From positions 15,932,845 to 15,980,805 of the forward strand of contig NC_068989.1 in the NCBI RefSeq assembly GCF_001194135.2: 47,961 nucleotides of DNA. The letters run 5' to 3'. Shown here one piece after another: positions 12,442 to 24,920 of this stretch. Positions within the stretch are counted from its first letter, which is position 1; each line of letters starts with the position of its first letter. This DNA is from Octopus bimaculoides (taxonomy: Eukaryota). The translations under genes and the position numbers were made by a program. The notes under the pieces were generated by a model that was given only the letters and a program-made list of their open reading frames with translations, was not told the origin of the DNA and did no database searches.

Positions 12442-14099
12442 TATGTGAATCAATTGCATACTAACCGATATAACAAAAGAATACAACATCAAAATGATCT
12501 CATAGAATGGAACATAATATACACCGCACCAAACCAAAATATGCAAAAAGTATTGCACCGAACCAAACTTTGATACTGCTACGAATAATGTGCAACAAAA
12601 TCGCTAAAATAAAACCCTCCTTTTTCAGCAATATATAAACTAAGAAGATATTGCCACAAATGATCAATGTAATATATAAATTTGATTTAAAAGAAAAGTT
12701 TTATACTTTGTTATACCTACTGTTACATTGGGCATACGCGTGAAATACTTTCTTGTAAACTCACTGCGTGCTTGAAACAAGAAGCAATTGCAATACACGG
12801 TGCAACTCAACTTCAACCAAAACTTGATTAGAAAGAAATAGTAGATAATACAGCTACATCATATAGAATTTCACACAAAAACATATGATTTCTGATAGAA
12901 GTATTACTGATAACACAACACAATTGCAACATATATATGTCATGTACACGATATATATGTGCGTATACATGTCATGAACAAAATACATGTAAATGAACGA
13001 CATATAAATGAAATCCTCAAATTTCGAAATCTCACGACAAAGTATACACAAATCCTATTCACTTCTAATAAAGGAGGCTGTTACAAACGCCAGTAACATT
13101 TTCCACACTGGAGATGAGACTGAAAATCTAGAAATGATGATGAGTTTCGGAACATTTTTGATACAAACGACTTACAAGGTACAAATACAAAATGACTTAA
13201 AATATTTTTTTCTAAATTTATAATGATGTTAAAATATGAACATAGTTATGTTTTCAGCATACGTCTAAAAGAAAATTTTTTCCCTATATATTTGAATAAG
13301 TGAGTGTGCCAATGTGTGTCTTTATGTGTGAGAATAATCGAAGGAGCCGTACAACGCGGATTATTTAGATAGAAAGCAATAATTAACTGGCAATGATTTT
13401 ATATAATATTTCCAGTTAACACTGCTTACAATACAGAAATAAATAAATATGGAGAGCGGAATATTCTAGACTCATCCTTTCGACATTCACTCCCTGTGGC
13501 ACTAGTTTGCACATGACGAACAGCTGTCTCTCTAACACGTTCTTGCTTCACAAATTTTCACTGGTAAAAAGGTGAAGCAAATCGCCTCTCCTGATTATAA
13601 GAACAGCTTCCGCGACAGCCAAAGCATCTTATTCGGAAAGAAAAATTGATATTTTTTTTTCTCTTGAATGCGTATTCAAATTTTATTTTCTCTACTTTGT
13701 TGCTCAAATATGACCCGCGAGTTTCTTTTTCAATAATCATAATAGATACGTCTGCATATTTAAAGTTATCGTGAAAAATTTTGTATAAAGCATTATGGAA
13801 ATATGAATATGAACTAAGAAATCGTGCCATGCAGAATTTTTTTTACAAAATTCAACAGATCAACATTTATTTCTACATGGCTTATTTTCCACACATATAA
13901 AACGCCTTTGATATCCAAGACTAGGAACTGAACTATAAGAGATAAAAGTCGCAGATACTGCCCATTTTTAAAGAATTCGTCTAGAATTAATATGGAGATC
14001 ATTAATTACGAGGTCACTTCATACAATACAATTTTAATCAATATGGATTCAGTTATGAGTATACAAATATATTCAATGTGAAATATGTAAGATACCTTT

Positions 14100-15650
14100 T
14101 GTCAGTAAAAATAATTTACCACAAAATAAGATACGCTGAAGAAAAAAACATTTCCACTGTGAAGTATGTGGAAATCATTCATTAAGAATACGTAGTCACA
14201 CTACAGAAAAAGACATGTCCCTACGAAATATGTGAGAAATATTTTATCTCCAATAATGTTTTAGCATAGCACAAAGTTACATACACTGGAGAAAATCTTT
14301 CCACAATAAAACATGTAATAAATATTTCACCAGTTGAATTTTTCTTATCCACATACTGAATTATTCTGGATAAAAATCCTACCACTGTGAATTATGCAAA
14401 AAAATCTTAACCCTATTATCGTAAAATATTTGGAAAGTCATTCGTTGGTAATTATCATCTTGAAGTAACAAAAGAATATTCACTGAAGAAAAATTTCCGC
14501 TATGAAATAGTAGTTTGAAAAGACAATGTAATACACACATATTGTAAAATATGGGGATAAACTTTGATACTTTGAAACTTTTTATGCACAAACATAGTCA
14601 CACTGGAGATTGAAATATATCACAAGAATAATATACACTAGGGAAAAATTATTATTTACGGTAGAAAATATTTTGTCAATAATAATGATTTAACCAAACA
14701 CGTAAGAACACACGCTGAAGGAAATTTGTTTCATTCTGAAATATATGGAGAATCTATCTTTGGTAATTGTAAAACTGTAGTTCACTAAAGATTATGCAAT
14801 GCCGAAAAGTCTTATCGCTGTAAAATGAAGCAACAGCAGACACACATAGACATTAAAGGGGAGCTTTTCAGGTGCGAAGTGGAGGCGCGGGGCTTAGTGG
14901 TTAAGGTGTCAGCATCATGATCGTAAGAATGTGGTTTCGATTCCTGGATCGGGCGGCGCGTGTTCTTGAGCAAAACACTTCATTTCACGCTGCTCCAGTC
15001 CACTCAGCTGGCAAAAATGAGTAACGCTGCGATGGACTGGCGTCCTGTTCAGCTGGGGAACACATACGCCATTGAAACCGGAAAACCGGGCCCATGAACC
15101 TGGCTAGGCTTTAAAAGGGCGCATTTATTTTATTTTATTTTTCAGGTGCGAAGCATGAAAAATTCTTTTACAAATCTAAACTTATTGTCTACCAAGTAAA
15201 TGTTAGAGAAAATATATATTTTTTTAATTCACATCATGTAGTCTACAAATGTGCTCTTGTTTAAGCGAAACATTTCTGCTAAATATCTGAAGTTGATAAA
15301 TGAATATGAAAAGGAAAACGAAATATGAACGCAAAATATGTAAGAGATTATTCCACGTGAAATAAGAATACACTTGTAAGTCACAGATGCATACAGACTA
15401 GAGAGAAAAAAAATGATCAGAATGAAATTTGTTCGAAAATATTATGAGTTATCTTGTAATCCACAAATATACCCAAAGGAAAAATCTATTCGTTATTATT
15501 TGTCAACGTTTCTTACATAGAAAACCTCATTAATAATGTAAGTCTTTGTGGTAAACTTTTCTCATTGAAATGCCATATAAGCAAACATATAAGAGAAAAA
15601 TGTTATTGAAAAAAATTGTTGAAAACCTTGTCTGTAACAAGTAATAAAAA
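14100..15650 (+). pseudogene. Degenerate tandem C2H2 zinc-finger array (ZNF pseudogene)
   Basis: Repeated decayed finger/linker motifs on +: HFHCEVCG, RSHTTEK, YEICEKYF, YTGEN, SYHCELCKK, PYYRKIFGKSF, HSHTGD, KHVRTHAEG, LCGKLFS; many stops and frameshifts. Confidence 0.8.
14880..15138 (+). mobile_element. Full-length tRNA-derived SINE (family D) with 15-bp TSD
   Basis: A box GGCTTAGTGG, B box GGTTTCGATTCC, CORE-like ttcttgagcaaaacactt, (ATTTT)n tail; exact TTTTCAGGTGCGAAG at 14865-14879 and 15139-15153. Confidence 0.92.
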
Positions 15651-15859
15651 GAATACATAATGGAGATATAAAATATTCACCTTATATATATGAAATAAAA
15701 CTTATTTTTTAAAAAAATTATAACCCTATATGCAGTGATAAGTAGTGTGTATATGTAGACATAGATATGCACACACGCAAACACGCACATACACATACAT
15801 GCACACGCACATATCCCCTACGTACAAACATTCCTCCCTAGGCACAACAATACATATAT

Positions 15860-15861
15860 AT

Positions 15862-15893
<32 letters not shown>

Positions 15894-15906
15894 GGAGAGA
15901 GAGAGG

Positions 15907-15970
<64 letters not shown>
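15860..15970. repeat. (AG)n microsatellite
   Basis: Directly visible. Confidence 0.95.
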
Positions 15971-16436
15971 TATCTTACATTACATTTCAAATTTTACAAA
16001 AACAGCACTGAGCAGAGCAATATTAATTACTTCATTCACTTCACTATATTGTGAAAACTTGTGGCGTGGCTACTATGTTTAGATTTCTCTACGACACTAA
16101 AATATGCTTATTAAAAAGTTATAACATCCGTTTCTTTTCAAATTATATTAAAAAACATTTTGTAATGCATTATTAATTAATTAACCACTTTGCTAGTGCA
16201 TGTACTGTTATGCTAGTTATATACACGAGTGCCCCACTGTAAATAGTTATAAGCTTATTCTACTAATTTCTCCGTTGACAAAAGATAGATGTTCTTTCAC
16301 TTAAGGCTTAAGAAACTATTCAGATCGACCCCCTCTATTTCCTCATTGTGGTATAAATACTTAGTTTATTTCCTAGCATGGAAGAGAACATTGTACGTTT
16401 ATCAATAAAGTATATACATGCATATGTATGTCAGTA

Positions 16437-16487
<51 letters not shown>

Positions 16488-17899
16488 NNNNNNNNNNNNN
16501 NNNNNNNNNNNNNNNNNNNNNNNNNNNNNNNNNNNNNNNNNNNNNNNNNNNNNNNNNNNNNNNNNNNNNNNNNNNNNNNNNNNNNNNNNNNNNNNNNNNN
16601 NNNNNNNNNNNNNNNNNNNNNNNNNNNNNNNNNNNNNNNNNATATATATATATATATATATATACATATATATATACTATAACGCAGAGAAATGCGGACA
16701 CCTATTTAAATCACTGCACGATTTTGTAAAAGATAAGGCTGAAAGCCGAATTGATGTAGTACATTTTAATGTCGCTACACAAAGGTCGATAGCACACTAT
16801 GTATTCTTCCTTGGATCTCTGTCTTTCAATAAGTATTTCATTTGTATTCAATCTGTATTCTTTGCTTTTCTCTCGTCGCCAATAAAAGATCGATACTTTC
16901 TGTCTTGACCATTTTAGTGTCTATTTGGTGGTGAACGATATTTATAAAAATGTTTGCGCCGGTAAAAAATAAAAACTGCTGTTTTAATAGCTGATGTTGT
17001 TGTTTGACCATATCAGCTTTGATTAGGCAGATATATGGTCACAAGGCTTCAAGACATATTGTTTTATATGAAACGGTTGAAATATGATAGTCGAGCAATT
17101 TGTAAGATATTTCTAGATAGTTGTTTGAGCAATCACGTAAAAGTACACTCGTTGGCAAATGCTTGCTTTATTTTGTAAATAAATGAAATGGAAGATGTAA
17201 CCTAAATTTTATGAAAGAAAGGTATTCTAATTACATTTTATAATTTTTTAATAATGATTTCTCGTGTAGGTGGATATTGTGGCATAGCTGACTGAATATA
17301 CAATGTACATGGTTGGTATTTATTATGTCGCAGCTGAAGTAGGCTGAATATAATTTCGAATTGAGTGCGATAGCATTTGAATTCAGAATGTTAGGGAATG
17401 AAATTAGATACTTCGCGGTATACTGTCCGAAGCTCCACAGATTTTGTCAGACCTTTCTGCAAGCAGCGACCAATTACAGTTTACCATAGTAATAAGAGTG
17501 GTTCACTCAACGCTATAAAAGATGAGTGAACATGAGTGCATTTATGTAGTCGCACAATTTGAATTTCCTTCAAATCGCTCTCCTGTCTTTTAAAAAAGTA
17601 GGACACTGTTACAGGGATAATAGTAATAATAGAACACTCCTCACATATGACGAGTGGTATGTGATAGTCGCTACAAATACGTTGACGTCGAGCAGTCGTC
17701 GGAGGTAGTCGGTCATAGAGAGATAGTCGTGTCTTTTCTATCTAACTATACTGCTATTGCAGACTGAGCGTTACAACAGTCCGACAAAGGACTACAACAG
17801 ACACTGAGAACAATTTAATTCTAGAAAGTACACAAAGATCGAATAGTCACTTCTGGAATGGTTTTGATTATATGTCAGCTCAATAAAATTAAAGATGAT

Positions 17900-18480
17900 C
17901 AGCGCTAAACAACAATACATACGTTTAAGACACTGGTATAAAGAGTAATATCTTCTGCTCCTTTTCAAAGTGATGTAGAAGGATGGTAGCTTCTGAGATA
18001 GTAACTACGAAGAGATCGATATCATAGACATTATCTGCTTTTGTTGTTGTTAGGTTGTTAGAGATGTGCGACCAACGAAAGTGGATTTTGTGGGCATGAA
18101 TCCGAGTTCTTTTTCTTTTTTTTTTTTTTTTTTCAATTGAAGGGCAGATGATAGTCTAGGCAGAAGGTAAACTAGAATTGTACAAGCGTATTATTTTGCA
18201 AGATACCTCCCTTGATATTGAAGAAATCTATTTCTCCATCAGATAATCGTACTTTAGCTCTTGTGCTGAGCATCATTATTGCTGCTCCTACTTCTTGATC
18301 TGAACCACATGTAAGAAGGAGATATTCAGTTTTGTCGCAATGGACTGAGTCGAAAGTTTTTGAGAAGTCTACAAGCAATAAGATGGCCTGGATCTCACAA
18401 TGATCCTTTTGACTATTAAGATCTTTCCACGAGTAAACCAGTTTTTCTTGAACCTGCTTTGCTTTCTTCAAAACAACTTT
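17900..18480 (-). mobile_element. Decayed non-LTR retrotransposon RT fragment (RTE/RTEX-like), interrupted
   Basis: LLVDFSKTFDSVH...AAIMML..RAKVRLSDGEIDFFNIKGGILQ (RT domains 3-4) and a decayed ADD-region peptide near 17950-18050. Confidence 0.8.
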
Positions 18481-20039
18481 ACGAGCTCCGGCTGTCTATG
18501 GTTTAACAATAAGTAGTTATTGCTGTTACACTCTAAGAGTAATCACTCAGTAATTTTAGCCTCGTCTGAATTACTTTTCTTGGGAAATAGAATACAATCT
18601 TAAGTTCACATTTCAATTTGGTTCTGATTATAAACTGCACTGTAACATTGAAAGAGAATATCATTAAATGTCTGTTTTTCAATCATCTAGTTATATATTT
18701 TCTAATACAGTTGTTTCCTGTGTTTAGTCATTTTAGGCACTCCAGTTAGTTCACCTAATGTGAAATTACAAAATTCGATATCTAGATCATGTCCAACAAC
18801 AGTTTCTATAGGTCTTTCTGAAATACTGGAGTATTAAAGAGGAGGTTTCGGAAATATTCTTTCCATTAGTTTCGTAATTCCTGCAGACTTGTGGCTTTTA
18901 GTTTCAACTTAATTGTACTTTGCGGTCAATAATTTCATTGGAAGCTTGCCATATCTGGGAAGATTGTTTGTTTGCTGGTGTGTGCACAGTTAGATCTATT
19001 TCGCTTTCAATATATTTCAGATGTTTTATTTCAGTTATAAAATCGAATATGGAAAAGTACTCCTTAAAAAAACAACGACTCTTATAAACTTAGCTACTCA
19101 GTAATTAGAAACCATTAAAATCAATTCGAAATTAACTGCTTGAGTTGATATAAATGACTAAACTCTAAAAGATGGGTCCCGGCAGTCTGCTGCTCATCTT
19201 TTATTTGGACTCCATCGATTGACGGAATCCAGTAAAATAGAAGAACATAGCATGATGTGCTTTTCAATTTATTATATTCAAATTAACATTTGTACTCGAG
19301 CCCTTGGGTTCAGTAGTTTACATCACACACATACACACACGCGCGCACACACACAATATATATACACAGAAACGCACACATACATATATTCATATATAGA
19401 AGTAAATGTAGAGATAAGCAAGTTAGACAGATCTTTTTTATATGAATACATATATACATTTTTTTTACATTTTATGTATTTAATATACTTTATATTTCGA
19501 TCTGTCTAATTTGCTTATCCCGACATTTACTGCTATACTCACTCAAGTTTAAATCTCTTGGACACTACAAAGTGTATTCTATACGGAGAATATCTTGATC
19601 TCATCTATGAACTATATATTCATACATACAAGCATACATACATACACACATACATACATACATACATACATACATGCTTACATGTATGTATGTATGTGTA
19701 TATAGTGCAACGAAAAATGTTACGTTTTAATTCTATTCATGTAGTTGGAAAGAAGCTATAGTATGGTATGTTACTCTTCATACGTTATTGTATGCCAAAA
19801 GCCAACATAAGACAAGATATGCGATCGGTAGACCGCCTAGAAATAGCAATAAAATTCCTTCTAAGAGCAAACTTTTACAGCCTGAAACGGCAAGAACGAT
19901 AGTTTCGGATAATATAGTCCTTGACACATTTTCTCTATTGTCTCTATAAAATCTCATGTGTTGCTAATCAATAACAAAAGTAACAAAAGCTGGAGCAACA
20001 ACAGCAACAATAATGCTACTTGACACATATATCTTTTAA

Positions 20040-20269
20040 CTTTTACTTGTTTCAGTCATTAGACTGCATCTGTCCTGGAGAACCGCAGTCGAACAAATCA
20101 ACCCCAGTACCTAATATTTTCAAATCTGGTACTTACTCTGTCGGTCCTCTTTTCAGTGAACCGCTAATTTACAAGGACATAAACAGACCAACACAGGTTG
20201 TCAAGCTATTAGAGGGACAAGCACACACTCTCACATACACACTCCAGCGCAAGCACAGACGCACATACA

Positions 20270-20303
<34 letters not shown>

Positions 20304-20318
20304 CGCACACATACACAC

Positions 20319-20359
<41 letters not shown>

Positions 20360-20470
20360 GGGCTACCAAATTCACTCACAAGGCTTTGGTCGGCCTGAGG
20401 CTATAGTAGAAGACATTTTCCCAAAGGGCAACACAGTGTGATTGAACTCAGAATTTTGTGCTTGGGAAGC
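20040..20470 (-). mobile_element. SINE family B, near full length, with internal (CA)/(TACA) expansion
   Basis: Reverse complement of both the family B 3' part and 5' head. Confidence 0.8.
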
Positions 20471-20649
20471 AGATGAGTATTCAATAGCTCGATCAGATAA
20501 ACTACCTCCTCATTGAATAAAACGTGTGACCGACTTTCGCAGACATCTGGGTCCTTAATGTAATTCTCAAGAAGAACCCGAGTGATACAGTATGTAACAA
20601 GGTTCGATCATTGAACTACGGTTGCAATCCCTTAGAAGGGATTTCCTGC

Positions 20650-20770
20650 AGCTTCTGTCTACTCAATTCCACTCACAAGATTTACGTCGACCTGAGTCTA
20701 TGATAAAATTCACTTGTACAAGATGACATGTGATGGTATCGAACCCGGGACATTATGATTTTAAAGCGAA
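20650..20770 (-). mobile_element. SINE family B 5' fragment, degenerate
   Basis: tctgtctactcaattccactcacaag...atcgaacccgg matches the family B head in reverse. Confidence 0.6.
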
Positions 20771-22080
20771 TTTTTTTTTACCCTTCGTCTATACAACAAC
20801 CTATGGACACATACAAACACATACATCCACATATATTCACATACATCCACATACATTCATATACTTCCACATAGATTGCAGATGACGAAACGTACGAATG
20901 AACTATAGGAGATTCTATACTGTGGCTCTACTTACCAGAATTGGTCTTGGGGTAAACACCAATATCATTATCAACATCAATAATAGATTTTAAGCAACCT
21001 CACCAACGAATATCATGTCAGCTTCTCTTCTGCCTCTCGCTATTTTCATTGTTTACTTTGAAGAAGAGGTTCATCGCCAATAGCTCTTGTAGACTATTTC
21101 ACACCGGTGAGATCAGTCTATTCAAACAGAATATCAACAATTCAGTTCATGTAGATCTTAATGACATTCTTCATGTCACTATTTTTTAGCTTTTACCCCA
21201 ATTCGATCCTTGCCTTATTAAGCGGAAATGCATTCTAGACGTCAAGCCTTTTCAATTGCGTTCCCGTCGTTAAACCATTTTTGTACGTCAGGACGTTCAT
21301 ATACAATGTATCCCTCTTTATTTAAGAGAAGGTATTTAGCTGTTGTTTAGCCCTAATCAATCATAGCATTTTAGACGTGACTATTCTATCTTTTTCCTCT
21401 GTTCAGAAAATTTACTACTGCATTATTCATTGTGCTTTTTCTAAGCCAGTGACATGTAATATGAGGGATGTATGATTGATATTTTTAACAGGACGAGGAC
21501 GCCATGACTGAAAATGCTGACTAGGATGGAGTTCCAAATAGTTAGACATCTAGGGAAAAAGACTTGAGAAAAAGTTTTTGTAATGGGCTCTGGAAGGAAA
21601 ACAACAGTAGAATTCCGATATATGGCGAGGTGGATGCATCAAGTGGAGCAGTAAATTGCCAGTTCTAATTTGGGGATTAATAGCGAAGATATAGAAGAAA
21701 GCGAGTTGCTGGTTCTGAGGTTGTGGTAATCAGTCAAGTGTAATTTTTTTCCCAAATGAAGTGCAGAATGTGTGTTTTCTTTGGCAACTATATCATCCTG
21801 TATATTGCACAACACTCGAGCAAATTGTTTTTTTACGTTGGAAGTGGAAGTAAGGGAAGGCAACTTTTTTCCGTACAAGATAATGGCACTAATGGGAACT
21901 GAATTATGAAAGCGTTAAAAGAATATTTTTTTCCCTTTCTTTATAATTTTGAGCTAGAATTTTCACAGTAACTGTATTAATTGTATTTTATATCGTAAAT
22001 GCTATTTTACAGGTACAAATATTTACAGATTACCTATCGCTTTGCAGCCACGTGGTTTCTGTTTCAATTCTACTACGCAA

Positions 22081-22459
22081 CATCTTGAGCAAATGTCTTC
22101 TACTTCTACTATAGCCCCCGGCCGCCTAAAGCCTTGTGATGGAATTTGGTAAATGGAAACTGAGAAAGCCCGTCGAATATATATTCGTGTGAGTAATGTG
22201 TGTGTGTGTGTGTTGCTGTATATGTGTGTCTTTCTGTATGCGTTTGTCCTCTCTCTCCCTATCCTTCCTCTATGGCTTAACAACCGGTGCTGGTTTGTTT
22301 ACATCCCCGTACCTTAGCGGTTCAGCCAAAAGATACGGATAGAATAAGTACTAGATCTAAAAATAATAAATAATGGGGTCAATTCGATGGACAAAACCCT
22401 TCAAGGCTGTGCTCCAGCATGGCTGCAATCCAATGACTGAAACAAGCAAAAGATAAAAG
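22081..22459 (+). mobile_element. SINE family B, 5'-truncated
   Basis: ttgagcaaatgtcttctact...cttagcggttcagc...tgctccagcatggc...actgaaacaag. Confidence 0.85.
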
Positions 22460-23289
22460 ATGAAAGATTCCAGTACAAATTGTTTAGTGTAACGGAAGTT
22501 GTCTTCCCTTGTTTTCTTCCCGCTTCCATTATGAAAACAGCTTGCTTGGGTCTACTGCAATAGAAACACAAGATCATCATTTTTAATAAATACACCTTAA
22601 TAACTTCATATTATTTTTTTACACTCCGCTGACAAACAATTTTATGTCAACTTTATCAAACACATTTATAATCCTGATGCCTAAAAACACAAAACTATAA
22701 AACAATGTCCATGGCATATATTTTTGTGAATTATTCGTTTTATGTTATTATTGTCCTTTTTGTTAAATTTTGGTTTACATTCTATTGAATGCAAACATGA
22801 AATTTATATTATATTTTATAATAAAACCGTTCAAAAAATTATAATTAAACTTCTAACTCCACTGATCAAAAACTATTGAATTTATGTAACCTTAAATATT
22901 TATTTTCTGGTCAAATAATTATTGTGAACAACGAATGCGCTACATAAATAAACGTACTTAATTCCCTTAGAATAAAGGCATAAATAACATGTAATAATTC
23001 TTCTCTATCATTCAAGTATGATTATTTTCTTTCTTTTTTTTTCCATTATAAATCGTTATAATTAATTTTTAAGCCCTGTAATTACTTCCCTGCCTTCTGC
23101 ATCAAAATTTTCCATTTCGTTTGACCCATCTCTCTTTCACTCTTTTACATAATCAACAAATTTATTTGCAGTCTTTATTACTCCCTCTTCACTGCCACCA
23201 GCACCATACCTTCCCAGTTCTCAAATTTCTATACTATACATCGGCAAACTGTTCGCTTTTATTCGTTGCAGTTTGAATTGGTTTTATAC

Positions 23290-23703
23290 GCCGAGTGGCT
23301 GTGTGGTAAGTAGCTTGCTTAGAAACCATATGGTCCTGGGTTCAGTCTCATTGCGTGGCACCTTGGGCAAGTGTCTTCTACTATAGCCTCGGGCTGACCA
23401 AAGCCTTGTGAGTGGATTTGGTAGACGGAAACTAAAAGAAGCCTGTCGTATATATGTATAGATATATATATGTATGTGTGTGTATATGTTTGTGTGTCTG
23501 TATTTGTCCCCCCCAACATCGCTTGACAACCGATGCTGGTGTGTTTACGTCCCCGTAACTTAGCGGTTTAACAAAACAGACCGATAGAATAAGTACTAGG
23601 CTTATAAAGAATAAGTCTTGGGGTCGATTTTCTCGACTAAAGGCGGTGCTCCAGCATGGCCATAGTCAAATGATTAAAAGAAGTAAAAAAGAGTAAAAGA
23701 GAG
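23290..23703 (+). mobile_element. SINE family B, full length
   Basis: A box GGCTGTGTGG, B box GGTTCAGTC, CORE-like ccttgggcaagtgtctt, internal microsatellite, 3' aaagagtaaaaga. Confidence 0.92.
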
Positions 23704-23770
23704 TGAAACTATAAAATAGTCTATTATTTGCTAACACACACACACTCTGATACGTGTGTGTGTGTGTGTG

Positions 23771-23924
23771 TGTGTGGTAAGAAGCTTGCTTCCCAACTAC
23801 ATAGTTCCGGATTCATTTCCACTGCGTGACACCTTGGGCAAGTGTCTTCTACTATAGCCTCGGGCCGACCAAAGCCTTGTAAGTGAATTTGGTAGACAGA
23901 AACTGAAAGAATCCCGTCGTATAC

Positions 23925-24021
<97 letters not shown>

Positions 24022-24210
24022 TATCCCCCCACCATCGCTTGACAACCGATGTCGGTGTACTTTCGTCCCTGTAACTTAGCGGTTCGGCAAAAGAGAACGA
24101 TTGAATAAGTACTAGGCCTATAAAGAATAAGTTCTGGATTTGATTTGTTCGACTGAAGGCGGTACTCCAGCATGGCCGCAGTCAAATGACTAAAACAAGT
24201 AAATGAATAA
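23771..24210 (+). mobile_element. SINE family B, near full length, long internal (TG)n
   Basis: Colinear with the copy at 23290. Confidence 0.92.
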
Positions 24211-24219
24211 ATAAATATA

Positions 24220-24460
24220 TACGAGAGGAAGTCAAAAATTATCCGCACTCTCGCCATAATATATCTATATTATTGTCGCACAGCCTTCTGCGTACTATTG
24301 TGGTGACGTGATCGAAGTTTGAGCCCCGTCGCACTGTTTATCTTTATAGCTTTACAGTGTAAGCATGGCCGCTCCACTAGCAATGTGCATCAAAGAAGAA
24401 CAAAGAGCAGTGTTACGAATCCTCTGGTCGGAAGGTGTGTCAGGTACTGAAATTCATAGC
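24220..24460 (+). mobile_element. Mariner transposon 5' end (left TIR plus first 32 transposase codons)
   Basis: TA-CGAGAGGAAGTCAAAAATT mariner-type terminus; ATG at 24365 gives MAAPLAMCIKEEQRAVLRILWSEGVSGTEIHS, a typical mariner N-terminal HTH, then breaks at the 353-bp repeat. Confidence 0.85.
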
Positions 24461-24920
24461 CCTTAGGGGTTAACCGCATTTAAGGGGCAAATATACTTCA
24501 CGCTGTCGTGCTGCTACTGTTTATACCTCGTTCAGAGATTAATTATTGCTTGTTTACACTTTTTTGAGATCAGTGAATTTTCGTCACTGCAAAAAAGATA
24601 TGTATTTGGATTGGGACTCCCTTCGCATCGAAGATCGGTGATTGTCGTACGCTGACGAAGGGTAAATACCCAGAAACTCGGGTCCGTGCGTATCACGTCA
24701 GATCGACGATGGGAAGGATGACTCCCCTTTGCAAATACCGACAGGGCACAGAAAGTGTGTCAATAGCCAGCTGGAGATGTTCTCCTGGGGCTACAAGCTA
24801 CAGTAGCATTCACCCTTAAGGGTTAGCCGCATTTAAGTAGCAAATATACTTCACGTTGTGGTGCTGCTACTGTTTATACCTCGTTCAGAGATTAATTATT
24901 GCTTGTTTACACTTTTTTGA
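24460..24920 (+). mobile_element. Retrozyme-like 353-bp head-to-tail tandem unit with hammerhead; second copy runs into a 342-N gap
   Basis: 24460-24567 is repeated nearly identically at 24813-24920 (period 353 at three anchors); hammerhead within unit 1. Confidence 0.8.
24620..24717 (+). ncRNA. Type I hammerhead ribozyme at the tip of a long rod-like hairpin
   Basis: CTGACGA 24652-24658; stem II GGGT/ACCC (24660-24671) with A.A at its base; GAAA 24673-24676; stem III ACTCGGGT (self-complementary with G.U); GUC, cut after 24684. Stem I CGTACG/CGTGCG, TGT/T loop, GTGAT/ATCAC, then GATC/GATC and CCTTCGCATCG 24620-24630/CGATGGGAAGG 24707-24717 (10 of 11 pairs). Confidence 0.88.

Noticed and set aside
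14880-14955. tRNA gene (also the SINE A and B heads)
   Set aside because: A/B boxes run into SINE bodies; no complete cloverleaf or T-run terminator.
16878-16925. Possible highly decayed hammerhead (ctaaaatggtcaagacagaaag) on the minus strand
   Set aside because: Needs about three changes in the catalytic core; not supportable.
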